Positions 49,009 to 62,631 of a stretch of 64,000 nt of DNA are shown here, piece after piece. Within the stretch, counting starts at the first letter, position 1. The number at the start of each line of letters is the position of its first letter. The translations under genes and the position numbers were made by a program. This stretch comes from Ranitomeya imitator (lineage: Eukaryota): the NCBI RefSeq assembly GCF_032444005.1, contig NC_091284.1, positions 386,384,001 through 386,448,000 on the forward strand, written 5' to 3'. The notes below the pieces were generated by a model. The model did not search any database and had not been told where the DNA came from. It worked only from the letters and a program-made list of their open reading frames with translations.

Positions 49009-50787
49009 TGGTGGACGCCTGGTTATCCTACACCTGATCTGGTAAATATATGTACATAATGTAACGTTGTTGTCACTAGTTATATGCTATCTTATACTAT
49101 TCATAGGACCTTTGTCGGCCTTTACTGGTGTACGTTTTTGGTTGTAGCTCTCCATACGTATATAGGCATATTAGACATTAAGGTCTCCTTACTTTGTTCC
49201 AACTCTGTTTTTGGATTTATTATGTGACAGGTCAGCTGTGGTTTATACATAGACTTTTATCCAGGCGTTATCTACCTCTTCCTTCTTGTTTATGTGATCC
49301 TCACCTGCAGTATATCTTTGTATTTTATATATTTTGTATTTATTTTATGTTCAATAAAGTTATATCCTTTTATGATATGGTTCTTTCTGGTGTTGCCATT
49401 ATTTGTAGGTGTTTATTAAGTTCATTGGCTGTAAATTCCCAGGACCTTTCTAATGGCACCATGAGCGTGAGAACTTTCTCACGCTCGCGTTGACATCAGT
49501 GAGGTGAAAGTTCACCAGGAGACACTGAACTGAGCAGAGTCTCTCTTGTATAGTTGCATCATGCAACAATGCAGGCTGACATCTATATAAACCAAATCCA
49601 AGTACCTTTCAGTTGCTTGGCTTAAACAATCACTGTCGTTTCAACAAATTTTTAATAAATCACTAGTACAGGTAAATATAAGCAACTTTAGAAGATCTTA
49701 TCACATAAATCTGCTTCTACTTATCCACTTCTTTTCCTCCCTCTACCACCTGGACTTATTATCCACTTATCACAGTGAGATATCATTCAAAAAGACCAAC
49801 TTCCAGCAAATGTATTTTACTTTGGTGCTGAATTCACATCCACACAGCTCATTACTGATGGATGATGTCCGCCATGCTGCTGCTTCTTTCTGGGTGCAAC
49901 AGGGAAAGAGAAGCAGGAACCCGTCTATCTACTGTATGTCTGCTGTCTATAGGAGACATCATAGCAGCTAGTCTCCATACTGCAGCTTCGAGGGAACTGA
50001 AAATTAGAGAATGTGCAGAAAAGAAAATATAATGGCCAGAAATGCTGTTTTTCCTCTTGTACATACATATAACAGCTTGTTTTGAAAAGTTAACTGAAAG
50101 CACAGTTACGGTTTAAAGATGTCTTCTACAGCTTATTCTGAGAAGTTACCTCAAACAACAAGTATGGCAGAACAATGTCTTCTGTTTTTCTATAAAAAGA
50201 AATGAGCCAGTTTTTCCAGATGATATTTTAGCATAGACTTTTGTGTCTACGTGAGCAATAACTCAATTTCTGATTTTATATGATTTTACTCTGCACTTTT
50301 GAAGCAGTTTTCTTCGTGTATCTCTGTACCTCTGTCTATCTCTCAAGCTCCTTCTTACTTCTCCACTTCAATAGACTTCTACAAGCAGCAACTGTAATCT
50401 GATCAGATTACAGACAGATTTGAGCAGTAAATTCAGAAAAAACGCCTCATAAATTGAAAAAGATTTTTTTCTGTAATAACATATATTACTGTACAATATA
50501 AGTTTGGGGTTTTCATTACCACTTGTAATATTGATTTATAGAAATAAAATAATAATTATAGTAAATTTTTTAATCATCACATAATGAAAACTTTTGACAA
50601 ATTTTTAAATACATTGGACCAATTCATCAAGAACAGCAATTTTCATGCCGATCTTGATGAGGTGGCACGGTGGAGTCAAATGCTTCTGATTCTTGAAGCC
50701 TCTGTACATCATCTCAGAAATCTCACTCCGGTCAGGGAGTGGAGTGAGACTTCTGGCATAGAGAATGCCACAACTCATGATGAATTA

Positions 50788-50982
50788 ACCTGCCGTCACA
50801 CTATCAGTATTTGGTCAGTATTTTACATCAGTATTCATAAGCCAAAACCAGGAGTGGAACAATTAGAGGAAAAGTATAATAGAAACATATGCATCACTTC
50901 TGTATTTATCACCCACTCCTGGTTTTGGCTTACAAATACTGATGTAAAATACTGACCAAATACTGCTAGTGTGACGGCAGCC
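50788..50982. mobile_element. PIF/Harbinger-type (Tourist-like) MITE; related nested copies at ~55807-56030
   Basis: CTGCCGTCACACTA / TAGTGTGACGGCAG TIRs, TTA/TAA flanks, palindromic body (CAGTATTTGGTCAGTATTTTAC). Confidence 0.65.
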
Positions 50983-51796
50983 TAAAAGTTGAAAAGTTTT
51001 TGTACAACTCAGAGTTGCAGCAAAAATGTGTGATTTTTTTTTCAAAGCAATTTACACCAGAATTCTGATAAATTTGTTTTGATGAATCGAGGCCTTTGTT
51101 TTTCAATTCCTGAAGCATTTTTAAAGTTTTGTGTAGTGTTAGTAAAGGGAAGTATGTACTGGTTTGATAGATTGTTTCCAATATAGTCCATGCTCTATGA
51201 GATAATTATATCAAAAGCAAATCAAAATTACTGTTTTGCTACTATGTATCACTGGGGGTTAAGGCTGGTGCTACATGGTGACTTTGGTAATGACAGGTTG
51301 CATGGCCAAAGATGTCTGATGTCACTGTTACAAACAAAAACAAAGAAAAGCAGACTAGGTCCTATGAATGGGGATCACCACGATACGAAAATGGCATAGG
51401 TATAAACACAGCTTTATTAGGAAACAGATAGAAATGACAAACACACTCACATTAAAAACATTTAAAAAGCATAATCATGCTATAAACAACAGCCCCTAAT
51501 ACGGCAATAACCTACATAGGACTCAAAAATATATTGGCAAATGCAGTGTGCAATCATAGAGCCAAACCATAGTATATTACATATGGACCATAATACTTTG
51601 GCACTCCCCCAAATAATTTATGAGAAAAACATGATAAATATGCAAATAAACTCAGATCTGTAAACATGTACCGTCTAAATGTGGAGCTCTCACTAACGTG
51701 TATATCCCTGCACCCAATAATAAAGACCTGCACAAAAATAAACCTGTCTAACAATTTAGAAACAGGTATGCATGTGGATGTAAAGAATAAAGGATC

Positions 51797-51847
51797 ACCC
51801 CTGACGAAGCCACCCTGTGTGGTGGCGACACGCGACACGCGTTGGGT
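51797..51847 (+). ncRNA. Hammerhead-like motif with GAC in place of GAA and a 7-nt internal duplication
   Basis: ACCC-CUGACGAA-GCCACC(cugugu)GGUGGC-GACACGC-GAC-ACGCGU-U-GGGU. Confidence 0.5.
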
Positions 51848-52453
51848 CTTGGTATAGCGAAGAAAAAATAAAGAAAAAAGGAACCACTTCATATAATTGC
51901 ACACCACAGAATGAAAATGAATAAAAAGGCAAACTTTTATTGACACATCAATAAAAACACTTAAAACGGTATCATACCGACATCCCCACATACACCCGCC
52001 AAAGCAATACAGTACAAGCAAATGAAGGCGCCAATATACAAAAATGCTAAATAGCAATGAATAACACAGCACACTGATCAATGTCCCGTCAGGCACAACA
52101 TCTGTATAACTGAACCAAGATGGCGTAATGAGTACAGCAAGCACCCCCACAAAATAAAGACAGATACTGCCAACTGAGAGACAAGGATAAGCCCATATAG
52201 GTCAATGTGGCGTATAGAAACGAGGAGGTGCCTAGGCGACTGGGTCCAGACACAGTGGTGGTAGAAGAACTGGACAGCGTGAAAACAATAAATGTGCATC
52301 CGCAGCAATGCCCATGTATAAAAATATAACTACCACCTAGAAGAAGAGTGTATCCAGGTCCCAGGTCCGGCCAGACAGAACACAGAGAGGCGCTGTGAAG
52401 AAACCCACATGAGGGTGTAATGCGCCAAAGGCAGGGCGAACGTGGGGAGGAAG

Positions 52454-52494
52454 CCCAATGCGTGTCGCCGTCGCAAGGACGGCTTCGTCAGGGG
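52454..52494 (-). ncRNA. Hammerhead-like motif with GAC in place of GAA
   Basis: CCC-CUGACGAA-GCCGUC(cuugc)GACGGC-GAC-ACGCAU-U-GGG, at the same position relative to the ETS/NRF1-like motifs as in the coding PLE. Confidence 0.55.
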
Positions 52495-53772
52495 AAGGTA
52501 AGCTGCAATGCTCAACGCCGGTTTAAATACCTTACGTGAGAGTGAGCTGAGGGACGAGCAACGCCGGGAACCGGAACCGGAAGTAACGCCGGAAGGGCGG
52601 AAGAGAACGCAATGGCAGACGTCTCTGCCAATACTGCATGATGCGCATGCTCCGGAACTTTCCAGCGCCGCGTATCATGTAACCGGCTAAGGGATAAATC
52701 GAATAACAGAGCGAGTAGACTGACATATTAGAGACGCCTGACTGGACCGGTAATAGTTGTAGGAAGTCCTAAAATAATAGGGTAACAGGACAGTACCATA
52801 CATACCACAAAGACCACAAAGACAGAACAAAATACATGACGGGACACACAAGAGGGCAAACACACATGATGGTGTGAGGGTGTAATGGTACACAGATAAA
52901 GTCACTGCAGGCAAATACCGGTGAGTGACATTCCGGTTCGCTGGAACACCTACAGGAGGGAAAAAGGGAGAAAAAAAAGGGTTAAAAAAAGAAAAAAGGA
53001 AAGTCCAATATGACATACAGTCAGATGTCACACACCTGAAAAAGAGAAGAATAATAATACAAACAAACCAAACTTGGGTCTTGGTATAGCCCACATTGGG
53101 ACTCTTATGGGAGGTTCGGCTGTGGTAATATAGAGCTTTGGGCATGAAATACTATGTGCCTCTGTCCACAGGCAGCCTTGAAACTCTCCCTGTGTCAATT
53201 TATTAACCCTCTCTGTGGTACATCATAGGTCACATATTGCTAGTGACTGTATTGCTTGCCTAATATGTCCGTGTTATCCTTTATTCTTTACACCCACATG
53301 CATAGCTGTTTCTAAATTGTTAGACAGGTTTATTTTTGTGCAGGTCTTTATTATTGGGTGCAGGGATATTTGCCATTATATTTTTGAGTCCTATGTGGGT
53401 TATTGCCGTATTAGGGGCTGCTGTTTATAGCATGATTATGCTTTTTAAATATTTTTAATGTGAGTGTTTTTGTCATTTCTATCTGTTTCCTAATAAAGCT
53501 GTGTTTATACCTATGCCATTTTCGTATTGTGGTGATCCCCATTCATAGGACCTAGTCTGCTTTTCTTCGTTTATGTCTACCTTAGTATAGGTCCTGGTGG
53601 CATCCCACTGCCTGTGGTGCCCCCATACATCTATTTTGTGATGTCACTGTTACATCACAACATAATGTAGGTAGACATGATCCCATTCTGCTACTCAAAG
53701 TGCTGCATCCACAACTCCATTTATATACATTATGTTGTGATGTAGCAAAATCACAGTATAGCCCCAGCCTAA

Positions 53773-54173
53773 GGCCGGGGTCACACTAGTGTATGGCATC
53801 GGAAGCGATATGCTAATGACCCTTGGCTCCTGCTCTGCTGCGAGTGGGAGCCGAGCGTCATGTGTCTGTGCTCCGAGCCTCTCGCACAGAGCAGATCTGA
53901 GCACAGCTGCGGAGGAGGCGGAGAAATGAATTTCTCCATCTCCTGCATTGCCACCCCGGTAATGATATCCGAGTGATGTGCGTTGTGTCACTCGCACCCA
54001 TAGACTTATATGGGTGCGGGTGCCAATCACAACATGCTGCGATTGTTCTCACATGCTGATTCGGCATGAGAAATAATCGCAGATGTGATCTGCCCCATAA
54101 ATTAACACAGGTCTGAGTGCTATGCGATGTTTTCCCGCATAACACCATACTCTATGCTAGTGCGACCCCGGCC
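53773..54173. mobile_element. PIF/Harbinger-type MITE (401 bp)
   Basis: GGCCGGGGTCACACTAG / CTAGTGCGACCCCGGCC TIRs (16 of 17 match) with TAA TSD (53770-72 / 54174-76). Confidence 0.85.
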
Positions 54174-56229
54174 TAAATGTTTCAGTCTGAAGTTCAGACT
54201 TACAGATTTTTGCACATAGTCCAGATTAGCATTCATGTGTCATCTGGAAGCAGGGCTGGATCTAAGAAGGTTACAAAGCACCAGACCTTTTCATGCAAAG
54301 GTTAACAATTATTTACATAAAAAAGAAACAGCACAAACATTACAAATGCACATACGGTCTGATTAATTATTTTGAGTAATTTTTGTTGCTTTTTCCCTGT
54401 TTTTTGTATGCAGCTTTTTTATTCCCTTTTTAATTTGCATTTTTAGTCCGCTCATGAGCCACCTTCCCTATTTCGAAGACTTTGACCCAGAAAACCTCAA
54501 CGAATACTATGAGACAAAAAAAGTTAAGCGACTTAAAAAAAACGCAAATGATAAATCCGGACCTTAGTTGTAATGTGCCTTTCTTGAGGAGTGTAAGTCT
54601 CCCATTGTTTAGGGAGTTTATGCTAGAATTCTGGGGTAAAACTTTTGAGATGTTGCATGATTCTTGGAACTTTTGTCATTTTTACGCCACACTGGACCAG
54701 CTTTTCCATCTTTTGAAACAGTGGTGAAAGCTGTGGCAAGACATGGTGTGGTGAAGTCTGCCAATCACATTTATCACATTTTACGCAACAAGAGTGGCAT
54801 AAATTACACTAGTGGAAGTTTCTGGTGGAGGCGCATGGCAACTGTGGAGGCAGATGCCTCATAATGAAGTTGGCGCATGTTACGCGAGCACTCCATTCAT
54901 TAAGAGTGTTGTGCAAAATGAATGGCGAACTTTATTTCAATGGTCAAATTATTAAGAAATTCAATTACACAGTCAAATAACAAAAAAACATAACAAAATA
55001 TTACATTTTTGAATATAACAAAAACAACAGCATGAAAATTAGTGTTGGTGATGAGATGACCCAACTGGCTATATTATTTTATATTAACAGTGCTTTTGTA
55101 ATTTTTGTTTTTAGGGGTATTACCTCTTTAAATAGGTTTCATTTTTTTCTAAATTGATTTCTATAATGTAAACCATTTTATTTTAGTAGCCTTTCTTGGC
55201 ACAGTTTGCAAAACTTATTTTGATCCTTCTTGAGACTTACATTTTTGTCTCCCACATGCCTCTATTTAAAGCTGGATTATCTATTGTACTTTGAATATCT
55301 CGCCTTTTCTATCTGAGTTCCGGCTCAAGTTGTTCTCGCTCTCTACAGAGCCAAGTTTGACAAAGAATTGAGATCTGAGCATATGAATCCTGACAGGGAA
55401 GGCTTGTTACTCTTGATGCTGACGCAAAAGGACAGAATATTACTTCCATAGTAATAATGCAGCACAGTCTGGCTTGTAGGCTATTTACTGCCTGATAAAT
55501 AGCTGTGTGCTCTCGCATGTTAACAGCATATACCCTGCAAGTCTAAGTAATTTATTTTCCATTGCTTTGTGCTCCAGACCTGCTAGTTGTGCATCACACA
55601 AATACCATAATTGTATGTTTGCCTTGAAGTAATGATTATGTCCAGCCATTATGTATCAGCCTGAGCCCACTCCCACACAGTATTCTGGTTAGTATTGTAT
55701 TCTACATCAGTATTCTTAAACCAAAGCCAGGAATGGGATGGACACATAGAATATGTTTTGTGGAAACATTTGTACCTTTTAACTTTTAAACGCAGATCTT
55801 GTTTTTAAGCTACGTTCATATATTCAGTATTTGGTCAGTATTTTACCTCATTATGTGTAAACCAAAACCAGGAGTGGGTGATAAATGCAGAAGTGGTGCA
55901 TATGTTTCTATTATACTTTTCCTCTATTTCTTCCACTCCTGGTTTTGGCTTATAAATACTGAGGTAAAATACTGACCAAATACTGACCTTGTGACCGTGG
56001 CTTTAGCTTACGAATACTGATGCAAAATACTGATAGAAATCCTGCCTTGTAAAAGTGGTCGTATTTGCTTCAAGGGGAACTGGATCTATAGGAATTTCTC
56101 ATATCCTGCATATTTCCTAAATTAGCTATCCTGACTTGTCTGCTGTAGTACATAATTGTAAAATAAATCAAGAAAGAGAATTAAAAATATATACTTATGA
56201 CCTCACCCATTCTCCCAAAAGATGAAGTG

Positions 56230-57110
56230 AGTTCATTGGCTGTGAACTCGCAGGACCACGCAACACGAGCAGGAGAACTTTCTCACGCTCACGGTGCCGT
56301 CAGATAGGTAATAGGAGTTCACAGAGAGACACTGAGCACACGGTGCTCAGTGTCTTTGCTGGATGACAAGCTGTCTGGTCGCATTATGCAACCATGCAGC
56401 CTGCCATCTACAGTAGATGTAGCAGAGCTGGACCCGTCAGGGGACAAATGGATTAGCAGCATCTCTGCGGAAAGGTCAGGAATATTGCTGTTTGCTTTTT
56501 TAACTCTTTTGCAGATGACGAGCGCATCGGGGGGAATGGGCGAGGTCATTATTATGGTTTAATTAAGATTATTAAAGGAGTCTGTGTCATTCTTTCAATT
56601 AAAGGACTTTTTTCTGGGTGTCTGTGTTTTCATACAATGTGACTATGGGGTTAGTAAAGGGGGTGTCTCATTGACGCCTCTCCATTACTAACCTCGGGCT
56701 TGATGTCACCTGACAATACAAAGGTGACATCAACTGCCCAACTATCGCCCAACTTGCCACCACTACAGGGCAAGTGGAAAGAGCGAGGCTAAATGCCAGA
56801 ATTGGTGCATCTTAAAGATGCACTTTTTCCGGGGCAGCTGAAAGCTGATGTTTTTAGCTTGAGGGGCCAATATCAGCCTCTTCCTAGGGTATTAACATCA
56901 GCCAGCAGCTGTCTGCATAGCCTTTGCTGGTTATTAATTATAGGGGACCTTACATCAATATCATGATATTAATATCTTGGGAAGCTCCATGGGTATTACC
57001 CCCTTCCCAGGCTAGAAATATCAGCCTCCAGCTGTCTGCTTTCCCTCTGTTCATTACGAAAATTGGGCGGGAGTCCACGCCATCTATGTAATATAAATAC
57101 ATATATATAT
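56230..57110. mobile_element. Arm of the palindromic hAT-family MITE (same family as 29990-33112 and 30280-32484)
   Basis: Shares GTTCATTGGCTG, TTGACGCCTCTCCATTA and GATGTCACCTGACAATACAAAGGTGACATC motifs. Boundaries approximate. Confidence 0.65.
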
Positions 57111-59401
57111 GTGTGTGTGTGTCACTGACATCTATATATCTATCTATTCTATGTTTACATATCTATTCTATCTATTCTATACACCTGTCAGTGTGTTTTT
57201 ACTGTATGCGGCACATGAATTGCCGGCTTTTCAATGGAGAAAAGGACACCATATTCTACTCCACACTTAGAGAGATAAACAGAGAAAGAGAAAAAATAGA
57301 AAGAGCAACTGAGAGAAACAGAGAGAAAAGGAGAAAGAGACAAAAAGGCCATAAAGGCTTATAGGTAGAGATGAATTAATCTTTTGAAATTCAAATTAGT
57401 CAGGTTCAGTGAATTATTTAAAAAAATCATTCACATCTAATTGATCTGCTGCAAATATGAAGTCTTTAGCTTCCTGGAAAGATGTGTAATATTGGACTAT
57501 TAAAACAAGTGTGTAAAACATTTAACTTTTTTTTAAAAATATGAACACTTTGTAAAGTACACTGTTGCATTTAGATTTCTGGAATGTTGGGAATTTTATT
57601 TTGTTTTTTTTAAATAAATAAATAAAAACTTTATTGAAATGCAGAAAGATGTTGCTTATGATTTGTATCACGAGCCAGGAAACACATTTTCTCAGACGGA
57701 AAAGCATTGGTTTCAACATTTTCTTCAGTTGGAAAATTAAGACTGAGTGGATTTAAACTTCCGTCCTTGTTTTAGTGTATCAAGAATGAAAAACAGGCAG
57801 TAATTAAGCTGATGTCGTGCAATATATCACAGATCAAGCAATTCAGACTATGCAGGTCCTGCACCTCACTGTCACTTGAGCCTGGGTATTATTATTAAGT
57901 ACTGATACTACCACTCCCATTTTCTATGCTCTTTTGTTCTGCAGTAGTACACTACACTCTGATTTAGGCATTGTTGTCCCTATCTTTAATGATCAGCTGT
58001 GCACTGTGACTTCCAATCCTTTGGCTGTAAAATCCTAAAATGGTCCCTGCTTTCCTTGCCCTCATCTTTTATAGTGCCTATGATAGTCCCTTGCACCCCC
58101 GACTGACTGTACTAAATCATGTGATGTAATAGCTGAAGACATAATGGCCCATACCTGACGTTGAATGAGCCAGCATTCTTGCCGATGCAATCTTTGACAA
58201 TGTATGAACCCAACAAATTGAGTCGCAAATTGTTCAAATTTGCTGGGAGTTCTGAATGTCACGAAATTCAACTTCAATTTGATTCACAGTGGATTGGATT
58301 GATTTGATCATTTCTATTCGTAGTTTTTATTTTTTTTTAAATAGACAAAGTGGTACCACTTATTGGTTAAAAAAATAACACAAAGTGGTATCCCCATTCA
58401 TTAGGATCTACTCTCTTGTAAACTTTTCTAATCAAATGTTGAGTTTCTGCCTGGTTTCGACTGACTGACCCATGATAATCTATTTAGCATAGTTTCAGGG
58501 AATTTTTTAAAGCATTTGCAGTAAGTATTTTAATAATTTCCCTTGGAGACTATTCCCGTGGGACCTAAGGGAACAACACATCAGTAGTATTTTTATGTAA
58601 TTATACTGCATTTACTTTGCTTTTGTCTACCTTTGACAGAACAATGTTTGGATGCAGATTTCTTTTAAGCTTTGGTAGTTACTTGCAGCATGAAGAATAA
58701 CAGGTTTATTTATCACAGTTGTCCCTGCGTGTTCAGTAAATCCTTCCTTTGTCTCCAACTATTGTTATAAGAACACAGCTCTTGTGCTGGATATATACCT
58801 CACATGTCTGGTTTGCACTTAAAACATCAATAATATATATTCCTGTCAACACTCCTACGTGAATTTAAAGTTGTTCTTTCCTGCTTTTTGAGTAAAAAGG
58901 GAACTGTTTGAAAAAAATATATATTATTTGTTATTATTTTCAAAATGCAAAAACACTGTATTTTATAGCCCTTCCTAATAAACTACGAAATATCCAATTT
59001 GACTTTTATTCCTTGTTATTATAAACATAGTTTTTGTACTCCAGCCTCCAGCTTGGGAAAAAAAAGCCAATGTGGCAACTGTACTTGGGAGTTAAAAGAG
59101 AACTATTTTTTACAAGTAAGGTATGAGCTAAAAATGAGCTCCTATGCCTGTCTTCACAACTAGGAAGGAGCCAAAACTTTTCTCAGAGATTGAGATTCTC
59201 GCAGAAAATAAACTGTTTGCACAACTTAGCAAAATTGGTCCATTTTAATACTTGGGAGCAGCATTGTGGAATCATGGGTTGTGAATCGTTATACAAAAGT
59301 GTCTTATAAAAGTCAAAGTGGAACAAAATCGGGAGATATTTGCAGTGCGCTGAAAGATTCAAGAGTATGAACACGCCACAATAGACTGCCTTGCTACTTA
59401 A

Positions 59402-60225
59402 CCCTTTCACCGCCTTGCGATTTTCCATTTTTGCACTTTTGTTTTTTACTCCTCTCCTTCCCAGAGTCATAACTTTATTCCTTTTCCAACAATACAGCCA
59501 TATAAGGCCTTGTCTGTTATGGGATTAGTTGTACTTTTGAATGACGCCATTGATTCAACCACATAGTGTATTGGAAAGGGAGAAAAAAAATCTAAGTGCG
59601 GTGACATTGAAAAAAAAAGTCCAATTCCACAATTTGTTTTTTTACCATGTTCACTAAATGCTAAAACTGACCTGCCAATATGATTCCCCAGGTCAGTACG
59701 AGGACGCAGATACCTAACATGCATAGGTTCTTTTTTATTTAAGTGGTTAAAAACAAAATCAGACATTTGTGTAAAAAAAAAAAAGAGACCCATTGAGTCT
59801 CCATTTTTTGTGATCTGGGGGTTGGGTGAGGGCTTATTTTTGTGCCATTGAGCTGACATTTTTATTGATACCATTTTATGGTAGGTACAATTATTATTGT
59901 TATTGCGTTTTATTGCAACGTTGCAGCGGCCAATAAAATGTAATTCTGGCATTTTAATTTTTTTCCCCATTACGCCATTTACCAGTCAGATTAATATACT
60001 TTAAAATTTGATAGATTGGACATTTCTGAAAGTGAACGCAGCAATACCAAATTGTGTATTTTTAACTTGCTTTATTTTGATTGGGGCAACTTTTGTTTTT
60101 TATTTTCTTTTATTGTTTTAAACTTTTTCGCTTTGCATTTTACTGTCTTTAATAGTCCCATTTAGGAGACTTGGAGCTGTGATCATCCGATCGCCTGTGC
60201 TACACATAGCAGGGCTTCAGCCTCT
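59402..60225 (+). mobile_element. Non-autonomous piggyBac-type element (left part), followed by a Harbinger-like end at ~60226-60424
   Basis: TTAA|CCCTTT start; homologous to the element starting at 17430. Confidence 0.6.
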
Positions 60226-61714
60226 ATCTTTTTGCGGATTTATTGCGGATATCCTATCAAAAAGGACATTCCGGAAAATAAAAAAATCCGCAAAAAATCT
60301 GCGCAAAATCCGCGCAAAAAACGCGCAAATTCCGCAAGAAATCCGTGCGAAAAAAGCACGCGGATTTCTGGCAGAATTCTCAGGATTATGTCAGGAAAAA
60401 ATCCTGACTTGTGCACATACCCTAAAGGAGTAGAACATGACTGTTTTTATCCAAAATGTTTTGTTCGTAATTCCTTCTAAAACAGAGGTCATTATGCCAT
60501 TCAAAATTTTATTTACCAAATTTGGACTTTTGGAAAAAGTTCCACGATGTCTAATGCAGGGGTGTACATAGAAATGTAAGTGCCCGTAGCAAAGTCAGAA
60601 TTGTAGTTTTCCATGGGCCCCTTGCTGTCATTAAGTCAGTGGATATGAGGAAGGAGGCATTTTTACACCTCACCTTACCATTGGTGGCGCCCCACTGGCT
60701 CAATGCTAATTTTAATTCGTAGTTTGTCTTATAGACGTGAGCATGATGTAATGACTTATCAGTCATGATGCCATAACAATGGTATTATTTTTATTGTTTA
60801 TCATTATAGCGCCATTTAATCCATGGCGCTTTATATGTGAAAAGGGTTAAACAGGAAGAAAAAAGGATGATATACTGGTCCAAATTAATGAACAAAGATA
60901 AATTTTATTAATTAAAAAGGTAACAACAAGTGTGGGAGAAGGGAATATATTACATGTCACAAATTGTATGCTGCAAAAAACTGAGGCACATACAACATGG
61001 AAAAAACTGCATATAACAAAATATAAACCATAGTAACACTGATAATCTACTATATAATTGTCTAAGGGTCACTTTTGTCTGTCTGTCTTTCTGTCTGTCT
61101 GTAACAGAAATCCCAAGTCGTTGATTGTTTTGCCACGACCAATCAGCGACGGGCACAGTCCGGCGGCAAAATCGCCTCTCCTTACTCCCCGCAATCAGTG
61201 CCCGCTCCATACTACCCTCCAGTCAGCGCTCACACAGGGTTAATGGCAGCGTTAACGGACTGCCTTATGCCACGGTGTAACGCACTCCGTTAACGCTGCT
61301 ATTAACCTGTGTGACCAACTTTTTACTATTGATGCTGCCTATGCAAAAATAAAAATAATTATATACTCACCGTCCATCGGCCCCTCGGATCCAGAACAGG
61401 CCATTCCCTCTCCTCGTGATGCTTCGGTGACTGCTCCATTCATTGCGATCTCGTGAGATGATGGCGTAGCAATGCACCGCAATGCACTCTTGAGACCGGA
61501 GCACGCGAGGAGCATCGGTAAACGCTTCGCCTGGATCCGGGGGCCAACGGAAGGTTAGTATATAACTATTTTTTATTTTAATTCTTTTTTTAACGGGGAT
61601 ATGATGCCCACATTGCTATATACTATGTGGGCTGTGCAATAGACTATTCCCGGTGAAAGGCCTGGCTATTCACTGCCTGCGTTGAGAAACACGTGATGGT
61701 GTCTCCGCAGCTCC

Positions 61715-62547
61715 TCTACTTGCAATATACTACGTGGGCTGTGCAATATACTACGTGGGCTGTGCAATATACTGCGAGGGCTGTGCAATATACTGCGTGG
61801 GCTGTGCAATATACTGCGTGGGCTGTGCTATATACTGCGTGGGCTGTGCAATATACTACATGGGCTGTGCAATATACTACGTGGGCTCTGCAATATACTA
61901 CGTGGGCTGTGCAATGTACTACGTGGGCTTTGCAATGTACTATGTGGGCTTTGCAATGTACTATGTGGGCTGTGCAATTTACTACGTGGCTGTGCAATAT
62001 ACTACGTGGCTGTGCTATATACTACGTGGCCGTGCTATATACTATATGTATACTATATGTGCAATGTACTATGTGGGCTGTGCAATTTACTACGTGGCTG
62101 TGCAATATACTATGTGGCTGTGCAATATACTACGTGGCTGTGCTATATACTACGTGGCCGTGCTATATACTACGTGGCCTGTGCTATATACTACGTGGCC
62201 TATGTTATACACTACGTGGCCTGTGCTATACACTACATGGCCTGTGTTATACACTACATGGGCTGTGTTATATACTGCGTGCGTGGGCTGTTATATACTA
62301 AGTGAGCTGTGTTATATGCCATGTGGGCTGTTATAAACTAAGTGGCTGTGTTTTATGCTATGTGGGTTGTTATACACTTCGTGGACTGTGCTATATACTC
62401 CGTGGACTGTGTTATATACTACATGGCTGTGCTATATACTACGTGGCTGTGCAATATACTACGTGGCTGTGCAATATACTACGTGGCTGTGCTATTTACT
62501 ACGTGGGCTGTTATATACTACGTGGCTGTGCTATATACTACGTGGCC
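61715..62547. repeat. ~20-22-bp minisatellite (ATATACTACGTGG(G)CTGTGC)n
   Basis: Direct reading. Confidence 0.95.
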
Positions 62548-62631
62548 GAACAATCAGCGACAGGCGCAGTCCTGTGCATTCAATGCATTATTCTAAAATC
62601 TTCATAAATAAACTACATACATATTCTAGAA

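Larger units (their letters stand above)
33113..49416 (-). mobile_element. Composite Penelope-like retroelement insertion (16.3 kb): two full head-to-tail units, a truncated third unit and an inverted arm
   Basis: Period 4692-4695 bp. Flanking direct repeat (TA)AGTTCATTGGCT at 33099-33112 and 49417-49430. Inversion junction at 45385-45386 with CT microhomology. Confidence 0.93.
51333..53638 (-). mobile_element. Non-coding PLE-like insertion (2306 bp) with an inverted terminal arm and 16-bp TSD
   Basis: TSD TGATGTCACTGTTACA at 51317-51332 and 53639-53654. 51340-51545 is inverted to 53372-53570, and 51680-51795 to 53277-53370. Has ETS/NRF1-like motifs and hammerhead-like motifs. Confidence 0.8.

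Noticed and set aside
54455-54500. HLPYFEDFDP resembling the mariner HPPYSPDLAP motif
   Set aside because: The match is too short and degenerate, and no TIRs or other transposase motifs were found nearby.
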